A DNA stretch of 64,000 nt from contig OX597825.1 of NCBI GenBank assembly GCA_951406725.2, forward strand, positions 15,748,001 to 15,812,000. Reading direction: 5' to 3'. This stretch comes from Octopus vulgaris. Its lineage: Eukaryota. The notes beneath the pieces are model-generated. The model worked only from the letters and a program-made list of their open reading frames with translations. It was not told where the DNA came from and did not search any database. This document shows positions 26,400-39,938 of this stretch, piece after piece. Positions within the stretch are counted from its first letter, which is position 1; each line of letters starts with the position of its first letter. Position numbers and translations under genes: made by a program.

Positions 26400-27550
26400 G
26401 CGTTGTGAGTTCAAATTTCGTCGAGGTCGACTTAGTCTTTTATCCTTTCGTGGTCGATGAAATAATGTACCAGTTAAGCACTTGTAATCGACTTACCCCA
26501 ACCCTTGAAATTGCTGGCCTTGTGCCAGAATTTGAACCCATTGTTATTTACCAACTCAGAAGGCGAGCTGGCGGAATCGTAAGCAGAATCGTAACCACTA
26601 GGCCACGAACCACGCACCTTCTCAGCGGTTAATATTATTGGGAGTCTGTAAGACAACGAGCTGGCAGAATTGTTAGCAAGCCGGAAAAAGCGCTTTGCAA
26701 CATTTCGTCCGTCTTTCAGTTCTGAGTTCAAATTCAGCCGAGGTTGATTTTACGTTTTTATCCTTTTGGGATCGATAAAATAAGTATCAGTTGAGCGCTG
26801 ATGTCGATGTAATTAACTTACCCCCGTCCTAAAAATTGCTGGCTTTGTGCCAAAATTTGAAGTTAATATTATTTGTCACATAAGGGGGCGAGCTGGCGGA
26901 ATTGTTAGCAGAATCGGAACGACTGGGCCACGCGCCTTCTTAGCAGTTAATATTACTGCAGCCTGTAAGACGAGAAACTGGCAGAATCGTTAACACGCCG
27001 GACCATAATGCTTCGCGGCATTTCATCTGTCTTTACGTTCTGAGTTCAAATTCAGCCGATGTCGACTTTGCCTTTCATCCTTTCGGGGTCGATTAAATAA
27101 GTACCAGTTACGCACTGAGGTCGATAGAATCGACCTAATCCGTTTGTCTGTCCTTGTTTGTCCTCTCTGTGTTTAGCCCCTTGTGGGTAGTAAAGAAATA
27201 GGCATTTCGTCTGTCTTTAATTTCTGAGTTCAAAATTCAGCCGATGTCGACTTTGCCTTTCATCCTTTCGGTGTCGATTAAATAAGTACCAGTTACGCAC
27301 TGGAGACGATGTAATCGACTTAATACCTATGTCTGTCCTTGTTTGTCCTCTCTGTGTTTAGCCCCTTGTGGGTAGTAAAGAAATAGGCATTCCGTCTGTC
27401 TTTACTTTCTGAGTTCAAATTCAGCCGATGTCGAATTTGCCTTTTTTTCCTTTCGTGGTCGATAAAATAGGTATCAGTTGGACACTGGGGTCGAGCCCAT
27501 CGACTTATCTCTTCCTCTAAATTTGCTGGTCTTGTACCAAAATTTAGAAC
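26400..27550 (+). mobile_element. Compound SINE-A array
   Basis: A2 copies separated by an approximately 90-bp duplicated spacer (26556-26649 and 26876-26965), then a trimer with junctions at 27201/27202 and 27386/27387 ending in an A2 tail. Confidence 0.85.
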
Positions 27551-28047
27551 TTATATTCTTCGCCACCAAAAGAAAAGTTATTTGTTGTGTGATTGGAGGG
27601 AATTGATGTGACCAACGCGTCACTTATTTTAAGTAATTAAACAAAACAGCGTACAGAACCTCGTGATATGACTCCAGCGTTGAAGAACAATCCCAAACGT
27701 AGAGTATCGCAACAGAAGTGAAGTGAGCGTGTTTCTCCTCTATTCTTCTACTCCACAAGTACTCACGATACCTGTTATTAATGATAATTATCTTAGATTA
27801 CAGCTATTCTGTATCGGTTTACTGCTAAAATAGTTAACGATCCACTTAATGGGTTCATTAAAAACGCCAACTAATTTTATTTACGAAAACCAAAACTGAA
27901 AACAGAATAATTAAACAAAATGTTCAAAACGAGAAGTTTTCGAAAATTGTTGGTCATTAAATTGTCGAAGAGAGATTCTTCTGAGTGGGAGGTCAGGTGA
28001 GTCAACAGATTCTGAGGCTGGTTATTTGGTTAGGTTGTTTAAATGAA

Positions 28048-28707
28048 ACATCATCGTTATCATCATCATCAACGTCATCATAATCGTCATCATCGTCATC
28101 AACATCATCATCGTCATCAACATCATCGTCATCAGTATCATCATTATCATCGTGAATGTCATTATGATCGCCATTATCATCATGATCGTCATTATCATCA
28201 TCATTGTTGTTATCATCATTATCAACATCATCACCATCGTCACTATCATCGTCATCATCGTCGCCGTCGTCGAGATAATAATAATCATCATCACCATCAT
28301 CATCATCATCGTCGTCATTATTATCAAACATCATCACCATCATCATCGTCATCGTTTTCATTACCGTCGTCATCGTCACCGTCGCCATCGACTTCATCGT
28401 CAACATCATCATCATTATCATCACCAACACTACAACCACCACTACCATCACCACCACAACCATCACCGTCGTCATTTTCATCATCCTTATCATAGTGATA
28501 GCTGCTACTATCATACCGCCAGCCATCATCATTAGCTGCATCATCATCATACAACGTTATCATCATCATCATCATCCTTATCATCATCATTATCGTCGTC
28601 ATCATAATCATCATCTTTATCATCATACAGCATCATCATCATCATTATAATCATCATCATCATCGTCATCATCATTATCCTCACCATCATCATTGTCGTC
28701 ATCATCG

Positions 28708-28761
<54 letters not shown>

Positions 28762-28780
28762 ACATTATCGTCATCATCAC

Positions 28781-28817
<37 letters not shown>

Positions 28818-29130
28818 GTCATCAACATTATCGTCATCATCATCATCGTCATAAACATTATCGTCATCATCATCATCGTCATCAACATTATCGTCATCAT
28901 CATCTTCGTCATCTTCATCATCAGCTTCATCATCATCATCATCATCATCATCAGCATCATCATTGCTATCGCAGTCAATACGATCAGGCTAACTTTCAGA
29001 GATATCGCCATGACTACAGCTGCCATCACCGCCATTGCCAACATCGCCATCACCACCATGTCGCACCGTAAACATCAGCCTCATTTTCAATATCATCATT
29101 ATCAGTGTCGTCACTCAACATCAACATCAT
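28048..29130. repeat. Degenerate (CAT/CGT)n trinucleotide array
   Basis: Direct reading. Source of the poly-M/D/H/I ORFs. Confidence 0.95.
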
Positions 29131-29269
29131 TAACATTGCCATTTAAAACAAAAAGCAAGCGAAAAAAAAAAACAAAAGTTAACATTTATAATCATCAATA
29201 TCTATATATATGACGTCATAGTCATCATTATCATCAAAAATTATCACCTGCTTACTGAAACTGACAAGT

Positions 29270-29321
<52 letters not shown>

Positions 29322-30369
29322 CAGCAGTAGTTTAGGTTGTTTAAATGAAATATCATCATTATCATCATCATCGTCGTCGTCATTATCATTATTGTCATCA
29401 TTATCGTTATCATCATTATGTAGTAGTGGTAGTAGTAGTAGTGGTATTAGTAGTAGTGGTAGTAGTAGTGGTAGTAGTAGTAGTAGTAGTAGTAGTTTTT
29501 TCTAATTGGAATGGTATTTTCGTTTCTTTGTCTTGCTCATACGAAGCTCTTCACTGTCTTTATCTGTAAGAATAGACAGACAGACAGACAGATAGATAGA
29601 TAGGTATGTATGTATATATGTATATATATATATATGTATACACATATATATATATATGTATGTATATATGTATATATATATATATATACACATATATATA
29701 TATATGTATGTATATATACACATATATATATATATATATGTATGTATATATACACATATGTGTATGTATATATATATGTATATATATATGTGTGTGTGTG
29801 TGTGTGTATACATATATATATGTATGTAAATATATATGTAAAGAAAACATTTGTAGAAGGTGTCATGTAGTGGGGCTGAATCCGGAGCCATGTGCAAGCT
29901 TCTTACCACACAGCCCCGCCTGCGACTGTTTATTTTTTTAAAACTTTGTAGGGTAGGTGTGAGAAGCCGGATCTCGCCAGGTTGAACATAAAACAAGCAA
30001 AATATTTTGGCCAGATACGGCTGGTTTAAATTCTAAACGGTTAAATTTTCCGATTCAGACACTCCCACTTTTCATATTTCCATAATACCGCAATAGCATA
30101 ACTCTTTTTCTTTTCTTTCTTTTTTAGCCCTAGGCATCATAAGGCTGGAGCTTCACTTGGTTTCCAGATGTTGCAATACCGGTCCGTCACAAGGTTATGT
30201 TCCCAGCTATTGCTAGAACACATTTGCAGTGAAATAGAGGGACGGGAAATGGAATGTTTTACTAAAGAACACAACGCACCACCCTATCCGGGTTTAGAAA
30301 CCTCGACCTTTCGTTCATGAATGCAACACCCTAACCACAAAACCACGCGCTTACACCGTGTCATAATTA

Positions 30370-30755
30370 TTTATCTTTTATCCTCTACCTGTTTCCGTCG
30401 TTATACTGCGGCCATGCTGGGGCACCGCCTTCAGGAATTTTTAGTCGAATGAATCGACCCCAGCACTTAATTTTTAAGCCTGGTACATATTTTATCGGTC
30501 CTTTTGCCGAACTGCCAAGTTACGGGGACGCAAACATACCAACATCGGTTGTCAAGTGGTGGTGGGGGACAAACACAGACACAAAACCACGCACACATAG
30601 ATATATATTTATAGATCCATTTATATATACGACAGGCTTCTTTCACTCACAAAGCTTTGGTCGGCCCGAAGCTATAGTAGAAGACAGTTGCCCGTGGTGC
30701 CCTGTAGTGGGATTTGAACCCAGAGGCTGGAAATCAAACTTCTTACCACGCAGCT
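30370..30755 (-). mobile_element. SINE-B
   Basis: Tail TGCGGCCATGCTGGGGCACCGCC and mid-body on the reverse strand. Confidence 0.8.
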
Positions 30756-32538
30756 ACGCTACTTTTCATAAATAACCTATTATATAATATTTTTCACTTT
30801 TAAGGTTCATACATCATATACATTTTTTTTGTTTTGTTTTTCAACGTGGTCATTTTCTTTATCGTACAACTTGTATGGTATCTGATTTCCATTACCACTA
30901 GCCAAAACTTCTTTTAAATTTGATAATGCGTCTATTCTGCGTTTTACAGATCAATTCTAGCAACAACTAGTAATTAACTTATATCGTATTTATCAGAAAC
31001 AATTATGCGAAAGATTCTGTTTTGTATAAGTTGGAGAGTTTTATTTTCTTTCATTCACAATTCACACAAACTACTTAGGCTAATTACATTCCCTCCTTAA
31101 GTTTTTATCGGTACCGGCCATAAATTTCATTAACCGAAACTGGAAATCTTTTCTATTGAACAATAAAGTTAGTACATCTTCTCAAAATCTGACTGAATTT
31201 ATCTTAAATTATTTAGTCGTCTTAATCAAAATATTTTTCGAACTATAGCTGTGTAAGCAGATAAATTCGTGTATATTCCCCCTTAATTATTTGTTTCATA
31301 GCTATACTTATAAATATACAAAAAACATTAATCTCCTCGAGTCTTACTACTATGTGTTATCTCAGAGGAATCTTAGCAGCAATTCAAGTTTCATATTCAA
31401 GTGAAACATAATTCGTTTTGGATAAGCGAAACTTAATCGTCTTATCTACTAATCGGACTGCATCAAGATATACCACAACATACTGGAGGATAGCCACCTT
31501 CTTTGCAGTCCTTGTAATATTTTATCTCAGACGGCCATACTTTTTATCTTTCTCTCAACAGCTTCCACACTACCTTACCACTCTTTCCCAGGTATTAATT
31601 TCTTCTTACTTAATTTTTTAAAGGTGGTTGTAACGTATATAAAACAAATACCAGTGGAGTTCAACAGATCGATACAAGCGACTGTATGTGATGTGTATCA
31701 CATACATATTGTTATGCGACCAACTGTTTAGTAAATTAGTTACTCATCTCGAAACCTATACTCTTTTGTTTCAGTTCTTTGAAAAGTTTTTTGAAAATTT
31801 TCATCAAAAACACGTTGATCCAGTCCTCTCAGCTGGCAAATGTGAGTAATTCAGCTATGAGCCGGCGTCCTCTCCAGGTGATGAATATGCACGCTATGGA
31901 AGCCGAGAAAGTGGCCCTTATGAGACTATGACTCGGAAAGGAACTTTTACTCTATTCATCATAAACTTTAGCAACAAAATCTTACATGTGCCCCACCACT
32001 ACCATCATGGTTTATGTGGACCCCGGTCTGGAGCCGCTATTCTATACAATATGCCTTTCAACTAGTAATAGCAACTAAACGTCCTTCAAAATATAACCTA
32101 CCATCCTACAAGCAGAAGTACGTATTGTATCAATGTAGTCTTGGATACACTTAGTCTGAAAAAAAAATATCGATTGGTCAAGGCTGAAATGTTTTTGAAC
32201 ATAGGTCTGTTCGATCAAAAATGGCCCGGCACTAAATAACACCATAAACAGCTGGAATCTCAGAAAAAATGTTGGCGGTCTGTGTCGCCAAAACAAAAAT
32301 CAAGTAACAGACGTGCTATTTTGTTCAGTGCAGTCTGGAATAGTCTGGCACTAAGGTCACCATTACTCGGTAAACTCCGGCGCCAAAGATACTGTTTTTT
32401 CAATGTATAAATACAAACATTTGTAGAAGCGTTTCATAAATTCTTCTTTCCAATGAATCGAAGAAAGGAAAATATTCAACAATTTTAGTTTTAGTTGACT
32501 GGTTTCAGTGAAATGATTAGAGTGAATTGTTTAATAGA

Positions 32539-32583
<45 letters not shown>

Positions 32584-32662
32584 TGTGTGTGTGTGTGTCT
32601 GTCTGTGTGTGTACGCGAACGTGTTTATGAAGTGAGATTATGGTCTGTCTACTTGTGTTTAT

Positions 32663-32693
<31 letters not shown>

Positions 32694-32841
32694 ATTATAT
32701 GTGAGTGTGTGTGTGTGTGTATGTGTGTGTGTGTAAGTCTCTGTGTGTATGTATATTAGCTTTCAGATTTTTTTTTCTTATTTCAATTTTTCTTACGAAG
32801 GAAATGGCTTTTAATAAAACTAAAACAGCTCCTTTACTGGA

Positions 32842-32884
<43 letters not shown>

Positions 32885-32885
32885 C

Positions 32886-32932
<47 letters not shown>

Positions 32933-33020
32933 CATATATATATACATATATTTATACATATATATATATATATATTCATATATATTTATACATAAATATA
33001 TAATGTATACACACACAGAC

Positions 33021-33068
<48 letters not shown>

Positions 33069-33089
33069 GGCAGCAGGGAGGGCCAAAAG

Positions 33090-33745
33090 GATGAGGAAAG
33101 CATCCAGAGCCAAATGGAGAAGCCTGGAACACAGGGAAACGATGACACATGTCCAGCTTCCAACACCACAACTGAAGACCAAAGAGGTGCGATGGCCGCA
33201 AGAAAGGAAAGGCACCCTGGAATTGATGGGAAGCAGGAGGTAAAGGGTGACAGAATCAAGGCTAAAGGAAGCCCTGTCCAGAGAAAGCAGAGGGACCCCA
33301 GCAAAAACTGTAAGGGCAGGGAAAGAAACACCTGCAAATTCTACCTGAGGGGGACTGCTGGTACGGCGTTGAAGGTGCAAACTGTCGCTTTGCACATCGG
33401 AGGCCCTACCAAAACCGCACGGACGCGAGACAGAGGTCCCTCCCTCAGGGAGAACAAAAACAAAAAGTTAAAAGAAGGGAAAAAAGCGCACTGACCACTA
33501 CTGAAAGACGGTATGCAGATGTGGTGCGCGGAAACCCAACAGGTGGCCAGCTTCACCCAGATGTGAGAAGGGCGGCAGCTGAACAGCAGTCTTTTTTGTG
33601 CATGGCACAAAAAATTGTTCAGCAGCTGACCTGGCTACAAGCACAAAGCTGGAACTACCACCACATAAGGCCACCTCCAACAGATGCAGGATGGCCACCA
33701 CAGACACCAACACCAACACACACACCACAAAAATATTTCTACTGA
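33090..33745 (+). CDS. LINE ORF1 with CCCH zinc finger (frameshift in G-run 33349-33353)
   Basis: Joining ORF 33003 to the frame of ORF 33521 gives CKFYLRG(D)[14 protein letters not shown] (C-x7-C-x8-C-x3-H) and reads open to the stop at 33745. Confidence 0.75.
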
Positions 33746-36702
33746 ATGTAGGAGGGCTGCTGCGCGGAAACTGTAAAAAAGAAAATTTCATTCCTGAGAG
33801 ACCTTGTGACATGCAATCAAGCTATATGCATGGCACTCACAGAAACGCATCTTGAACCCGATATAGGTGATGCAGAAATACACATGCCGCAATATGCAGT
33901 CATACGCACAGATAGAAAAGGGAGGAGCCATGGTGGAGTTGCAATGTACATCCGAGATGACCTCACGCCCCAGGTCCTGCTGTCATATTCAAACTCAGTA
34001 TGTGAAACTCAAATTGTACACATAAGACAACTGAATATCGTCATATGCACTACATATCGCCCACCAGACGCCCCAAAACACTCAGGCATGTTTGAAGACT
34101 GCCTAACAAAAATAGGAGAAGTCCTCACCAACCTTGAACAGCACAACAGTGTATTCTTCATGGGTGACTTTAACCTCCCCAATGTGGAATGGCCTGGGGG
34201 GCAGATGCTCCCAGGGATGACACACCATCAGCAGGCACAGGTGGAGTCCCTGCTCCATCTCACAAATACCTCTTTCATGGAGCAAATAGTTCTGCAACCA
34301 ACAAGGGCAGATAATATACTGGATCTCTGCTTTACAAACAATATGGATATTATCCATAATGTTAATGTGATGCCGACAATGATCTCGGATCACAACATAA
34401 TAGAGCTGTCTACGTATGGAACAAAAGCCCCCGCAGACACACAGCCTATACGAAGCACCCACCATCTCTCCAACTTAAACTTTCATAAAGCCAACTGGAA
34501 GTCGATTGAGAAAGAGATCCTCAAACAGGATTGGCCTGAATGTCTCTCCACACCGGACATAAACATGAAACACAAACACTTCATGTCCATAATACAAGCC
34601 ATATGTGACAAATATGTCCCAATGTGCAGGGCCAGCACACACAAGAATAAAAACAGGATCCCTAGAGAAAGGAGGATTCTTATGAGACGACGGACAAGGA
34701 TTGCAAACCGCCTGAGCAAGCACACCAAAAGTGGTGAGAAGTCTCGGCTCGAAAGAATGCTAATGGAAACTGAGAAAAGTCTACATCAGTCCCATGAAAA
34801 GGAGAGAGCAGATAAAGAAGCTTGGGTAATAGAAAATATAAAATCAAACCCTAAAGCTTTCTTTAAGTTTGCCAAAGAGACAGCCACAGTGCACCAGAGA
34901 ATAGGACCTCTCTTCCAAAAAGATGGCTCTCTCACAGGAAATCCCACGAGGATAAGTGAAATACTGAACGAACAGTTCCAAAGTGTATTCACTACACCTC
35001 TAGGACACAGGCAAGTAAACAACCCAGAAGAATTCTTTGCCACTTTACCAGCGGCCAAAGAGACAAAAATTGAGTACATCAACATCGAAGAAGATGATAT
35101 CACACTAGCCATTGATGAGATTGACACAAACTCAGCTGCTGGACCTGATGGATTCCCAGCGATCCTTCTCAAATCGTGCAAACGAGCCCTTGCAAAACCG
35201 CTACAGCTTCTTTTTCAGAGCTTTCTTGCAAGTGGTAAGCTCCCAGTCAAACTGAAAGAGGGGGTAATATGCCCTATCCATAAGGGAGGTAGCAGAGCAG
35301 ATGCTAAAAATTATAGGCCTATCTCTCTGACCTCACACATCAGCAAAGTCATGGAACGAATAGTCCGTAAGAAACTAATCATGTTCCTTGAAGAAAATGA
35401 CTTGCTGTCTGACACCCAGCATGGATTTCGACCAGGTAGAGGCTGCCTAACACAGCTCCTGCAACACTATGACTGGGTGTTGAAACAGCTACTAAATGGC
35501 TCAAATGTGGATGTAATATATCTTGACTTTGCAAAAGCCTTTGATAAAGTCGACCATAGTATGATCTGTCACAAACTGCGTGGTCTCGGCATAGGCGGGA
35601 AACTTGGAGAGTGGCTGCACAACTTCCTAAAAGACAGAAAACAGGCAGTTGTGAGCAATGGAGCCACCTCCAGGGAAACGCAAATAACAAGCGGTGTCCC
35701 ACAGGGCACTGTCTTGGGGCCACTGATGTTCATAGTGGCCCTTTCAGACATGCCTTCAGTTGCTACGATGACCACCCTTGCTAGCTATGCAGATGACACA
35801 AAGGTCTCCCACGCAATACAGAACCCTGAAAATATTGCGCATCTGCAACATGAGCTGGACACAATATACAGGTGGGCTGAGGACAACAACATGCAGTTTA
35901 ATGCAGGTAAGTTCCAGGCCCTGCGCTACTGGCACACAAAGGTAAATGACGTGAAGACTGGATACACTGGCCCAGGAAGAATTGCAATCCCTGAGTCAAA
36001 ATCAGTGCGTGACCTGGGCATTGACATGAGCAATGATGCATCTTTCCAAATGCATATTGCTAATCTGGTGATAAAATGCAGACGGCTAGCTGGATGGATT
36101 CTCCGAACTTTCAGAACAAGAGAGAAGGAGACACTGATGGTCCTATGGAAAACATTTGTCCTCAGCCGCTTGGACTACTGCTCCCAACTTTGGTCACCAC
36201 ACAATATAAAACAAACAGCAGAACTCGAAGCAACTCAGAGAAGCTACACAAAGAAAATCGTCTCAATGCAAAATGTCAGCTACTGGGAAAGACTGAAGGT
36301 ATTAAACCTCTTCTCCCTGGAGCGGAGGCGGGAGAGATATGCAGTAATATACATCTGGAAAATCCTGGAGGGTCTTGTCCCAAACTTTGGCATTCAAAGT
36401 TACTCCAACCGCAGAACGGGCGCCGCTGCGTGGTGCCAAGGATTCCAACATCACCATCAAAATACAGGTCCAGATACTGCAACAGCTTGGGTTTCAGAGG
36501 ACCACAGCTTTTCAACATCCTCCCTAAATGCCTGAGAGACTTACATGGTGTGGATGTGGGTTTCTTTAAAACTAAACTGGATCTCTTCTTGTTGGGAGTC
36601 CCAGATGAACCTACCTCACGACAGGAGACACGGATGCGGGCAGCAGCATCGAACTCCCTTGTTGATCAAGTGCCACGTATCAGAGGTGGATTCACAAACT
36701 AG
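33691..36702 (+). CDS. LINE ORF2: apurinic endonuclease plus reverse transcriptase (two 1-bp shifts, at about 33775 and 36420)
   Basis: APE motifs [36 protein letters not shown] motifs NYRPISLTS, QHGFR, YLDFAKAFDKV, GVPQGTVLGP, YADD. CR1-type C-terminus SRLDYCSQLWSP and LERRRERY. Confidence 0.95.
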
Positions 36703-37600
36703 TGTGGCTCATTCAGCGGTGGTGCCCCAGCATGGCCGCGGCCTTCGGGCTAAAACATTTTTAAGGATTTAAGGATATATACATATGTATGTATGTATAT
36801 ATATATATTTATATATGATTATGCATGTATGTTTGTATGTCTGTATGTAGAAGGAAAAGTGACGCGTTGAACTTTAGTAAACTTTTTTTTTTTTTTTCTG
36901 TGATATATTTTCTCTTTTTTAGTTTCGAAATTTCCAATGATAATGAAATAGCTGGTTTCTAATTTCGGACATATTGGTCTTTCATTTGAGTTTAGGTAAT
37001 ATCAACGGTGTAATTATTTATGCGTATGTACGCATGCAAGTATGTATGATTATTTGGATGTGTGGGTGGATGGTTGTCTGGCTGGCTGGCTGGATGGATG
37101 GATGGATGGATGGATGGATGGATGGATGGATGGATGGATGGATGGATGGATGGCTGTTTCTGATAGGATCGACAGGATCATACGTGCCTGACAACTCTGC
37201 CCCCAACGACCCTCCCAGAAACAGTGGACGGAGAAAATGGATGGATGAATGGATCGATGAATGAATATAGTTGGTATTTGATTGGGATTTCTCACTCCAA
37301 GACTGCATTGAGGTAACCTCTACAGTGACATAATATAATCCTGTCGGTACTCCATGCCCAGCTTACAGTGTGTTTTACTTTTGCTCTGTGACCTGAGGTT
37401 TTTGTTTCTATGCCCAGTAAAATGGTCATTTTTCTTGTTTCATTTGGGGTTGCTATTAAGTAGGGTTTTCCAAACTTCCTTGGACAGAAATCTGTGTAGG
37501 CTTTAATGTTATGTCTTAACCGAAGTTCACGAGTTTTCCTAAATTTTATGGTTGTTGTTTTTATTTTAGCTCTCCCAAGATAGCTGGTGACATTTTTTCT

Positions 37601-37675
<75 letters not shown>

Positions 37676-37703
37676 TAATATTTAATATTTAATATTGTGA
37701 AGT

Positions 37704-37786
37704 CCCATGCTGATGAAGAAAATGTTCGGGTAAAGTATAAATTACACCTTCTTTATACCGATCTAATTCCGAAACGCGTACATGGG
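37704..37786 (+). ncRNA. Type I hammerhead ribozyme motif (canonical core)
   Basis: Stem I CCCATG/CATGGG, CTGATGA at 37710-16, long stem II, GAAAC-GC-GTA with palindromic stem III (ACGCGT). Predicted cleavage after 37780. Confidence 0.75.
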
Positions 37787-37962
37787 TAATCTAATATCGA
37801 TTGATATTCGTTATTTTTCCTCTCTGTCTTCGTGGATTGTTTTCGAGTAATTTGTTTTTTCTGGAAGTCTCTTTTTTCAAGTAGAGGAAATAGGGTTTTT
37901 TGACTGCTATTTCTAAACTTCGGTATGTTGTAAAGCAAATCTTTGCTGAACCCTACTATAAA

Positions 37963-38034
<72 letters not shown>

Positions 38035-38169
38035 GTAGGGAGATTTGTACCAAGCAGTTATTTAAGTTTAAAAACACTCACAGACATGGCGTGCATTCGT
38101 CATTCCCTGATGACAAAATCTTGAACCAAGACCAAAAGTCTAAGAGGAGAATTGAAAAATAGTTATGTG

Positions 38170-38500
38170 CAAAACCGTCTGGTGATCACAGAGAGATGCA
38201 CGCTAAGTTTGCAGCAACTGTGATGGGTTTTTTTTAAATGTGATACGTAACGAAGATCATGTCACCTTGAATTTTTCCACAAGGTCTTCGAATTATTACG
38301 GATGGATATGTTGAGTGCTGAAAATAGTTGTTATGAATTTTATTTGCAGTGGAGGGCCATGCATTTTTCAGAAAATACTCAGCACCTCTCATAAATCTCG
38401 CATAACCAAAGAATGAATCGTAGACAACCTTTACGACCATGTAACACCAAACGTGTGGCCTCCAAACTCAACAGATTTAAACCTTATGAAATACTATTTT
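38170..38500 (+). pseudogene. Decayed Tc1/mariner (DD37D-like) transposase fragment
   Basis: Peptides MHAKFAATVM, FPQGLRI and NVWPPNSTDLNLM (compare WPPNSPDLNP). Confidence 0.6.
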
Positions 38501-39437
38501 CGTGAAGTTGTTGTTGTTGTTGTTGTTGTTATGGTAGATGTGGTAGTCGTGATAGTCGCGGTAGCTGCTGGTGAATGAAAATGTATTTCTAAGGTTGCGT
38601 GTAGAAGTAATTAACAGCATTTTCAAATAATTAGCAGAAGCTTTAATTTACTGCATATAGTGTTTTCTGCGTTGGCCTTAGATAAGAACTAGCAGCGACA
38701 ATTACACACGGAGAGAGATATATGACTGAGATCAACGACAATTTGACTGGTATAGCAATTACAGCTGGCTCGTCACAACTGAAAAATAACTGCGCAATAC
38801 TCATGGAGATAAAATCGCTGCCTTCGACTGGCGGTCTCAATATTATCGGGTTACCATCAAAAACCACATTTATATAGGACTCAATGAGAAAGTTCTAGAA
38901 AATAGAATCATGCGATGGCTTGACGCTAATTGATTCGTTAATTGGCTGATCACGTGAAATTGCTGTGACTTAGTCGTGATGTCTAGTCGGCTATGAGGCG
39001 ATTCGGTTTCGAATCCGCTACACTGCGTTCGAATCGTAGATGAGAGATAGCTAATCGTCATTATCACAGTACCGTAGACATTTTAGACATTATATTATGT
39101 CAATTTATTTATTTATGTACTAAAATGACAATTACAAGAATATACATACATGTATAAGATATTATGCTTTACATATAAAATAGTATAACATTGTATGTTA
39201 TATTTTAATAATTTTAATAATTTCTGGTATCTTTATATATTAATATATTTTATATGGAAAGCATAATATGTTATACATGTATGTATATTCTTGTAATTGT
39301 CATTTTAGTACATAAATAAATAAATTGACATGATATAATGTCTAAAAGTTGATGAACCACCAATTGATCCCCTCCATTTTCTTATTGCTATATATAAATA
39401 TATATATATATATACATTGTATATATATATATACAAT

Positions 39438-39666
39438 AGGCAGCAGGCTGGCAGAAACGTTAGCACGTCGGGCGAAATGCGTAGCCGTATTTCGTCTGCC
39501 GTTAAGTGTTCTGGGTTCAAATTCCGCCGAGGTCGACTTTGCCTTTCATCCTTTCGGGGTCGATAAATTAAGTACCAGTTACGCACTGGGGTCGATGTAA
39601 TCGACTTAATCCCTTTGTCTGTCCTTGTTTGTCCCCTCTATGTTTAGCCCCTTGTGGGTAGTAAAG

Positions 39667-39671
<5 letters not shown>
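39438..39671 (+). mobile_element. SINE-A monomer in (TA)n
   Basis: Full-length copy. Confidence 0.9.
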
Positions 39672-39706
<35 letters not shown>

Positions 39707-39884
39707 TCGTAGCCACTTCAACATGGCTGTCCGTCCGAACGGATTCTACTGCGATTTTTTTAACCCGAAGAGGACATCTCCTCCAGCTTTAATGATGCAG
39801 ATGTGCATTCAATAAATTGCGAGCAGGATGGGGGCGAACCCCTACCACCTACTAGCGAGATTTTAGAACAAGCATTTTTACTTG

Positions 39885-39937
<53 letters not shown>

Positions 39938-39938
<1 letters not shown>

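Larger units (their letters stand above)
33068..36775 (+). mobile_element. CR1-group LINE, near-intact, probably 5'-truncated in ORF1, inserted in (TA)n
   Basis: ORF1 and ORF2 (APE+RT), short 3' UTR with stem-loop and (TTTAAGGA)2 tail. Microsatellite on both sides. Confidence 0.95.

Noticed and set aside
28002-29059. Poly-Asp/His/Met/Ile ORFs (also 53139-53822 and 61321-61864)
   Set aside because: Trinucleotide arrays open in several frames on both strands, with no splice or codon evidence.
34103-36518. Antisense ORFs inside the LINE
   Set aside because: Shadow ORFs of the ORF2 coding strand.
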